DNA of 64,000 nt from Spirochaetaceae bacterium. GTDB taxonomy: Bacteria > Spirochaetota > Spirochaetia > DSM-2461. A program made the translations under genes and the position numbers. The notes below the pieces were generated by a model. It saw only the letters and a list, made by a program, of their open reading frames with translations, was not told the origin of the DNA and ran no database searches. Location of the stretch: assembly GCA_965224705.1 (NCBI GenBank), contig OZ245056.1:2656001-2720000 (forward strand), written 5' to 3'. This document shows, one piece after another, positions 58,860 through 64,000 of the stretch. Numbering within the stretch: the first letter of the stretch is position 1; each line of letters opens with the position of its first letter.

Positions 58860-60905
58860 TCAGGAATGCCCTCTTTCTTTATTAGAAGTAATTATATCCT
58901 GGGCGATTTTCCCGGTCACTGGTTCGTAATGACTGAATTCCATCTCATAGGCACCTGTTCCCGACGTAATGGCTTTTATGTCTATGGAATATGTCAGAAG
59001 TTCCCCCTGAGGAATGATTGCCTTAATGCATTGAATCCCCCCGCCGATGGGGGTTTGATCCTGCACACGTCCCCGTTTTGTTGACATATCGGACAGGATA
59101 TCACCGAGGTAACGTTCTTCTACATAGACCGTAAGATTAACTAAGGGCTCAAGTAATACCGGACCCGATTTCTCAAATGCCAGTTTCAATGCCATCTTTG
59201 CGGCAAGTTTAAAGGCCATTTCTGAAGAATCGACACTGTGTTCCTTGCCATCATAGACACTGACTCCTATATCCACCATAGGAAAATTGGCCAGATACCC
59301 TTCTGCCATGGCTTCACGCAGACCTTTTTCAATTCCGGGAAAATATCCCTTACTTATGGCTCCACCCCGGATATCATTGGTCAGGACAAAATCTTCTCCA
59401 CGCTGCAATGGTTTAACATTTATGAAGACTTTGCCGTATTGTCCATGTCCTCCTGATTGCTTCTTATGTGTGTATTCAGCGGAAGACGCCCTTGTAATAG
59501 TTTCTCTATAGGGGACACGGGGTTTACGGGTAAGAACCTTGATTCCAGATTCCTTCATGAGTTTTTCAAAAATATTGTTGATGTGCATCTCACCCATACC
59601 GGCAATGACTGTTTCCTGCGTTTCCTCATTATATCCAATCGTGAAGGTGAGATCCTGCTCTGCAATCTTATGCAGGAAGTCATTCATTTTGTCTTCATCT
59701 TTCTGTTTTTCCGTACTGACAGCCAATGTGTGAACAGGTACGGGGAGGGCCAGGGGTTTGAAATGCACGCCCGGCAATGAGGATGTCAGAGAATCGTTCG
59801 TATGGACGGAATCCAGTTTGATAACGGCTCCCAGATCACCGGCAGGCAACAGCGGTGTTTCTTTGAGATGTCTGCCATTGACATGAAATACTTTCGAAAT
59901 TCGTTCTTTCTTCTCAATGCGGGAATTGTATACTTCACCGGGTTTGAGTTGACCGCTTACAACTTTTAGATAGCTTATTTTCCCGGAAAACCTGTCAATG
60001 GAAGTTTTGAAAACGAAACCTGAAAATCCCTCGGAATCCGAGTATTCGATGGGCTCACCATCTTCAACCGGTTCTGATTCTCTTCCTGGAGCAGGGCAGA
60101 GCTCTGTCAGGATGTCCAATACATTGGTTATTCCTGAACCCAGGTCAGCAGATCCGCAAAGAACTGGAACAAAGGTATTCCCGGCCATGCCTTCCAGGAG
60201 GCCTTTTGTTATATCGGCACCTTCAAGGGTGTCGTTGTCAAAAAACTTTTCAGTGAGTTCATCATCACCTTCTGCAGCCATCTCTATCAGTTTCTCGCGC
60301 CATTTGTTCACTTCGTCCATTAAGTTCTCAGGGATTTTTGTTTCTTCTCCTCCTGTCTTGATTGCTTTCATATGGAGGAGATCGACGATTCCCTCATGAG
60401 ATGTCCCCTGGCCCAGCGGCAGGGTCAGGGGAACCGCCATTACATCGAAAGCTTCCTTCACCTGATTCAGTGACTGTTGAAAGTCAGCCCTTTCCTGATC
60501 CATTTTATTAACAAAGACCACACGGGGGAGATTTCGGTTATCCAGCCGCCGCCATAGTTTAATTGTTTCTATCTGTATTCCCGCCGGAGCACTTATTAGC
60601 ATCACAGCTGTTTCCGCTGCACGGAAAGAGGCAACGACTTCTCCAACAAAATCTGCCGAACCTGGAGTATCAAGGACATTGATTCGAACATCCTTCCATG
60701 GAATATTCATCAGGCTGGTATGCATGGAAAACCTGTGCTGGATCTCAGTATCGAGATAATCGCTGACAGTTTTTCCCGAATCAATTGATTCAGCTCTGGA
60801 GATTACACCAGCTCTGAACAGCATCTGTTCAACGAGCGTTGTTTTTCCTGTCCCGCCATGCCCACAGATTGCAACGTTACGGATAGAGTTCCTGCTATCA
60901 GCCAT
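58860..60905 (-). CDS. fusA: elongation factor G paralogue with divergent G domain (EFG II-like)
   Basis: GHGGTGKTT, HRFSM in place of RGITI, DTPG, NKMD; intact HKKQSGGHGQY and HSVDSSEMAF. Confidence 0.85.
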   Translation of the reverse strand: MADSRNSIRNVAICGHGGTGKTTLVEQMLFRAGVISRAESIDSGKTVSDYLDTEIQHRFSMHTSLMNIPWKDVRINVLDTPGSADFVGEVVASFRAAETAVMLISAPAGIQIETIKLWRRLDNRNLPRVVFVNKMDQERADFQQSLNQVKEAFDVMAVPLTLPLGQGTSHEGIVDLLHMKAIKTGGEETKIPENLMDEVNKWREKLIEMAAEGDDELTEKFFDNDTLEGADITKGLLEGMAGNTFVPVLCGSADLGSGITNVLDILTELCPAPGRESEPVEDGEPIEYSDSEGFSGFVFKTSIDRFSGKISYLKVVSGQLKPGEVYNSRIEKKERISKVFHVNGRHLKETPLLPAGDLGAVIKLDSVHTNDSLTSSLPGVHFKPLALPVPVHTLAVSTEKQKDEDKMNDFLHKIAEQDLTFTIGYNEETQETVIAGMGEMHINNIFEKLMKESGIKVLTRKPRVPYRETITRASSAEYTHKKQSGGHGQYGKVFINVKPLQRGEDFVLTNDIRGGAISKGYFPGIEKGLREAMAEGYLANFPMVDIGVSVYDGKEHSVDSSEMAFKLAAKMALKLAFEKSGPVLLEPLVNLTVYVEERYLGDILSDMSTKRGRVQDQTPIGGGIQCIKAIIPQGELLTYSIDIKAITSGTGAYEMEFSHYEPVTGKIAQDIITSNKERGHS

Positions 60906-60976
60906 ATTAGTTTTTCTCCTTGATTAAATACTATTCTACATCCTGCATCGGACTTTGACTATGCTAAAACTATAGT

Positions 60977-63028
60977 TTATTGTGACTCAGCGAAATGGCT
61001 GAATTCCATGCTGAAAGTACCTCTCCCCTGAGTGATGTTACGCAAAATCGTTGAGTAACCAAACATCTTGACTAATGGGACTTTTGCCCTGATAAGATCA
61101 TAGGATGGCCGGGATTCCATACTCTCAATTTGCCCCCCGCGCTGACTGATGCTGCTCATTACATCCCCGACTTTCTCTGATTGGCACATAGCATCCACAT
61201 CCATCACTGGCTCCAGCAGTACTGGAGACGCTCCCCGGCACAATTTATCGAACCCTAATGATGCCGCAGCTTCCAGTGCTGTATCACTCACAGTGGCTTC
61301 ACTGAATTGCACATCTGTCAGCGTAATTTTGATGTCAACACATGGATAACCCAGTACAATACCTGTAGGGAAGGCCGATTCAACACCTCTTTTTACAGAT
61401 TCCTGGCAGCCAGCAGGCAGTGTACGTAAATCTATATCGGATACAAATTGATTTCCCTTCCTTCCAGGCAGGGGTTCTGCTTTCAATGTAACCGTTGCTT
61501 CATGGACCTTGCCGGCAAGCGTCTGTTGATATGTTTCAGTATGAGAGTTCTCCTTCTTGATTGTTTCCCTATATGTTACCTGAGGATGGCCGATGTTCGT
61601 TTCCACCCCGTATTCCTCCAGGATTCTGGTAACCAGGATGTCAAGATGCAGTTCTCCCATTCCTGATATGATGAGTTGTCCTGTTTCTTTGTTTTCCCGT
61701 ACTGCGAATGTGGGATCCTCTTTCAGTAGATTATCCAGGGCTGACTTCAATTTCCCCTGATCACTCATAGTTCTGGGTTCAATGGAGACTGAGAGTACAG
61801 GTTCTGGAAATTCCATTGTTTCCAGGGCGACCGGGTATGATTCATTGACCAGGGTTTCACCAGTTCTTGCAAGCTTCAACCCAATCGCAACGCCAATATC
61901 ACCGGCCTTCAGCTCAGAAATTTGTTCATGATTATTGGCATGCATTCGAAGAAGCCGATTTATACGAGCCCGTTTTTTGCAGCTGGCATAGAGAACTGAA
62001 GAGCCGGATTTCAATACCCCTGAATACACTCTCAAGTAGCAAAGAGCTCCCATTTCCCTATCATGCTGAATTTTGAAAACCAATGCGGTCAGTTTACTGT
62101 CCCTACTCCGGGGAATGTCCACATGTTCTCCACTTTTTGTAGACAGGGCTTTGACGGATGGTATTTCTTCCGGTGCCGGCAGGTAGTTGAGAACGGCATC
62201 CAGAACTGGCTGTACACCTTTGTTTTTCAGTGATGAGCCTGCAAAAACTGGAACAATCAGTTTTGAAATGGTGGCCTTCCTCAGGGTCCTGTGAATTAAT
62301 TCAGCACTGACGGCTTTGCCCTCGATATACAATTCTGTGATTTCATCGCTGTAAGCAGATAAAGAGTCGAGCAGTTTGTCCCTCCATTCCCCAGCCAGAG
62401 GCTGCAATTCCTCTCGAATCTCACTCTGACGGATTTGAGCACCGGCCGGATCGAGATCCCAATGGAGTTCAACCATGTTGATGAGGTCAATATTGCCCTC
62501 ATAGGAGGATTCTGCCCCGATAGGAAGAGCAACAGGTACGGGATTGGCTTTGAGATTCTGGCGGATTTCATCAACTACAACATAAAAATCTGCTCCAATT
62601 CTATCCATTTTATTGATGTAGACAATTCGGGGAATATTGTAGCGGTCGGCCTGTTTCCAGACGGTTTCAGATTGAGGTTCAACGCCGCCAACCGCACAAA
62701 ATACGCCAATGGCACCGTCGAGGACCCTCAGGGATCTTTCTACCTCTGCCGTGAAATCGACATGACCCGGGGTATCAATGATGTTGATCTGCACATCATT
62801 CCAGTAGCAGGTTGTTGCGGCAGAAACAATAGTAATACCCCGATTTTGTTCCTGGGACATCCAATCCATGGTTGCAGTGCCGCTATCCACTTCCCCTATA
62901 CGATGATTTTTATGGGTGTAGAACAGAATTCTTTCAGTCGTGGTTGTTTTTCCAGCATCAATGTGTGCAATTATGCCTATATTTCTGATTTCTTCATTGG
63001 ATCGAGTCATTAAAGGAAATACTATCAT
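60977..63028 (-). CDS. fusA: elongation factor G paralogue with divergent domain IV (spirochaete EF-G2-like)
   Basis: AHIDAGKTTTTERIL, RGITI, DTPGHVDF; domain IV loops replaced by YQQTLAGKVH and FSEATVSD. Confidence 0.88.
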   Translation of the reverse strand: MIVFPLMTRSNEEIRNIGIIAHIDAGKTTTTERILFYTHKNHRIGEVDSGTATMDWMSQEQNRGITIVSAATTCYWNDVQINIIDTPGHVDFTAEVERSLRVLDGAIGVFCAVGGVEPQSETVWKQADRYNIPRIVYINKMDRIGADFYVVVDEIRQNLKANPVPVALPIGAESSYEGNIDLINMVELHWDLDPAGAQIRQSEIREELQPLAGEWRDKLLDSLSAYSDEITELYIEGKAVSAELIHRTLRKATISKLIVPVFAGSSLKNKGVQPVLDAVLNYLPAPEEIPSVKALSTKSGEHVDIPRSRDSKLTALVFKIQHDREMGALCYLRVYSGVLKSGSSVLYASCKKRARINRLLRMHANNHEQISELKAGDIGVAIGLKLARTGETLVNESYPVALETMEFPEPVLSVSIEPRTMSDQGKLKSALDNLLKEDPTFAVRENKETGQLIISGMGELHLDILVTRILEEYGVETNIGHPQVTYRETIKKENSHTETYQQTLAGKVHEATVTLKAEPLPGRKGNQFVSDIDLRTLPAGCQESVKRGVESAFPTGIVLGYPCVDIKITLTDVQFSEATVSDTALEAAASLGFDKLCRGASPVLLEPVMDVDAMCQSEKVGDVMSSISQRGGQIESMESRPSYDLIRAKVPLVKMFGYSTILRNITQGRGTFSMEFSHFAESQ

Positions 63029-63091
63029 GGATTGTACTTCACGACAATGTAGTGCCTTGATTCCCGGTTTATATCCAGGTAGGCTTTGTCA

Positions 63092-63637
63092 ATGTACAGA
63101 GCCAGAGATATAGATCCGCAACAATGGGTGCCTGCCGATGAGGCAGTTCTATGCTTCATCAGAAATATACAGTCCAGACAATTGCTGCTCATGCACAAAA
63201 AGACTGGTTTGGGGGCGGGTTTGATCAATGTGCCTGGAGGCAAGATTGAATCAGGTGAGACAGCTGCTGAGGCGGCCGTCAGGGAAACGCAGGAAGAAGT
63301 TGGACTAAAAGTGAGAAATCTGAAGCACAGCGGGGAACTGTATTTCCAGTTTATTGACGGGTATTCCATCCATGGTTCAGTTTTTGAAACCCATGAATGG
63401 AGTGGTAATCCAGTTGAAACTCATGAAGCTGCTCCTTTCTGGTGTAGCGAAGGGGAGATACCCTATAGTAAGATGTGGATTGATGATTCCTGGTGGATAC
63501 CCCACCTGTTATCGGGATGCCGGTTTCTGGGCAGATTTGTGTTTGACGGGCAGAGCATGCTGAGCATGTGTATGGAAGTTGAAACGGACGAAAAGAATGG
63601 AATACCGGGGAATTTTACTGGAGGAAGCTATGGATGA
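63092..63637 (+). CDS. Nudix hydrolase, 8-oxo-dGTP diphosphatase (MTH1-like)
   Basis: GGKIESGETAAEAAVRETQEEVG, IPYSKMW.DD..W. Confidence 0.88.
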   Translation: MYRARDIDPQQWVPADEAVLCFIRNIQSRQLLLMHKKTGLGAGLINVPGGKIESGETAAEAAVRETQEEVGLKVRNLKHSGELYFQFIDGYSIHGSVFETHEWSGNPVETHEAAPFWCSEGEIPYSKMWIDDSWWIPHLLSGCRFLGRFVFDGQSMLSMCMEVETDEKNGIPGNFTGGSYG

Positions 63638-63974
63638 TACTGTATTTGATAAAGTAGTAAAGGGATCTATTCCTGTCGATCTGGTTTATGAGGATGAGTC
63701 ATTACTGGCATTCAGAGATATCAACCCACAGGCACCTGTACATGTACTGGTAATACCCAGACAAAAAATTGCCCGCCTGGCAGAATTGGATCAGTGGTCA
63801 GTTGAAGATACTGGAGTTTTCTTTCAGGGTGTCTCAAAAGTTGCCAGAGAGCTCAAATTGAATGGGAGCGGTTATCGAATCGTCATCAACAATGGAAGGG
63901 ATGGGGGCCAGGATGTTGAATACCTGCATGCTCACATACTTGGCGGAAGGAAATTAACCTGGCCTCCAGGTTAG
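63630..63974 (+). CDS. HIT-family nucleotide-binding protein
   Basis: AFRDINPQAPVHVLVIP, GQDVEYLHAHILGG, WPPG. Confidence 0.92.
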   Translation: MDDTVFDKVVKGSIPVDLVYEDESLLAFRDINPQAPVHVLVIPRQKIARLAELDQWSVEDTGVFFQGVSKVARELKLNGSGYRIVINNGRDGGQDVEYLHAHILGGRKLTWPPG

Positions 63975-64000
63975 GTTCAGGGTAAGGTCATGCAAAAAAC

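Overview
This window is from a spirochaete chromosome, as shown by the flaA-cheA-cheW/CheR-cheX-cheY operon, the spiro-SPASM cluster, the murG/holB-like/Hk2-Rrp2-like block and the long-form upp. Most of it is housekeeping: purU end, PpiD-like, Maf-like, pfp, DsbD-family, psuGK, rsmE, a cobalamin synthesis/salvage and uptake cluster with a B12 riboswitch, adk, xseAB, an amidase, two tandem EF-G paralogues and two tRNA-Val genes. An accessory island at about 3.5-9.3 kb holds two tandem Rpn/PD-(D/E)XK nuclease genes inside the shell of a decayed ISAs1 element. Each has an apparent leaderless promoter, a strong internal SD+ATG (candidate intragenic antitoxin) and a divergent C-terminus. Three non-autonomous repeat families are visible. 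The first is a 398-bp ISAs1-derived MITE (2 copies, 10-bp TSD). The second is a palindromic 161/53-bp element (5 copies at 4 sites) that repeatedly sits on a stop codon and reads in frame into the N-terminus of the next, predicted-lipoprotein gene. The third is a ~111-bp inverted-repeat element. No CRISPR array, reverse transcriptase or intact transposase was seen. All calls come from motif reading by eye; no database search was run.
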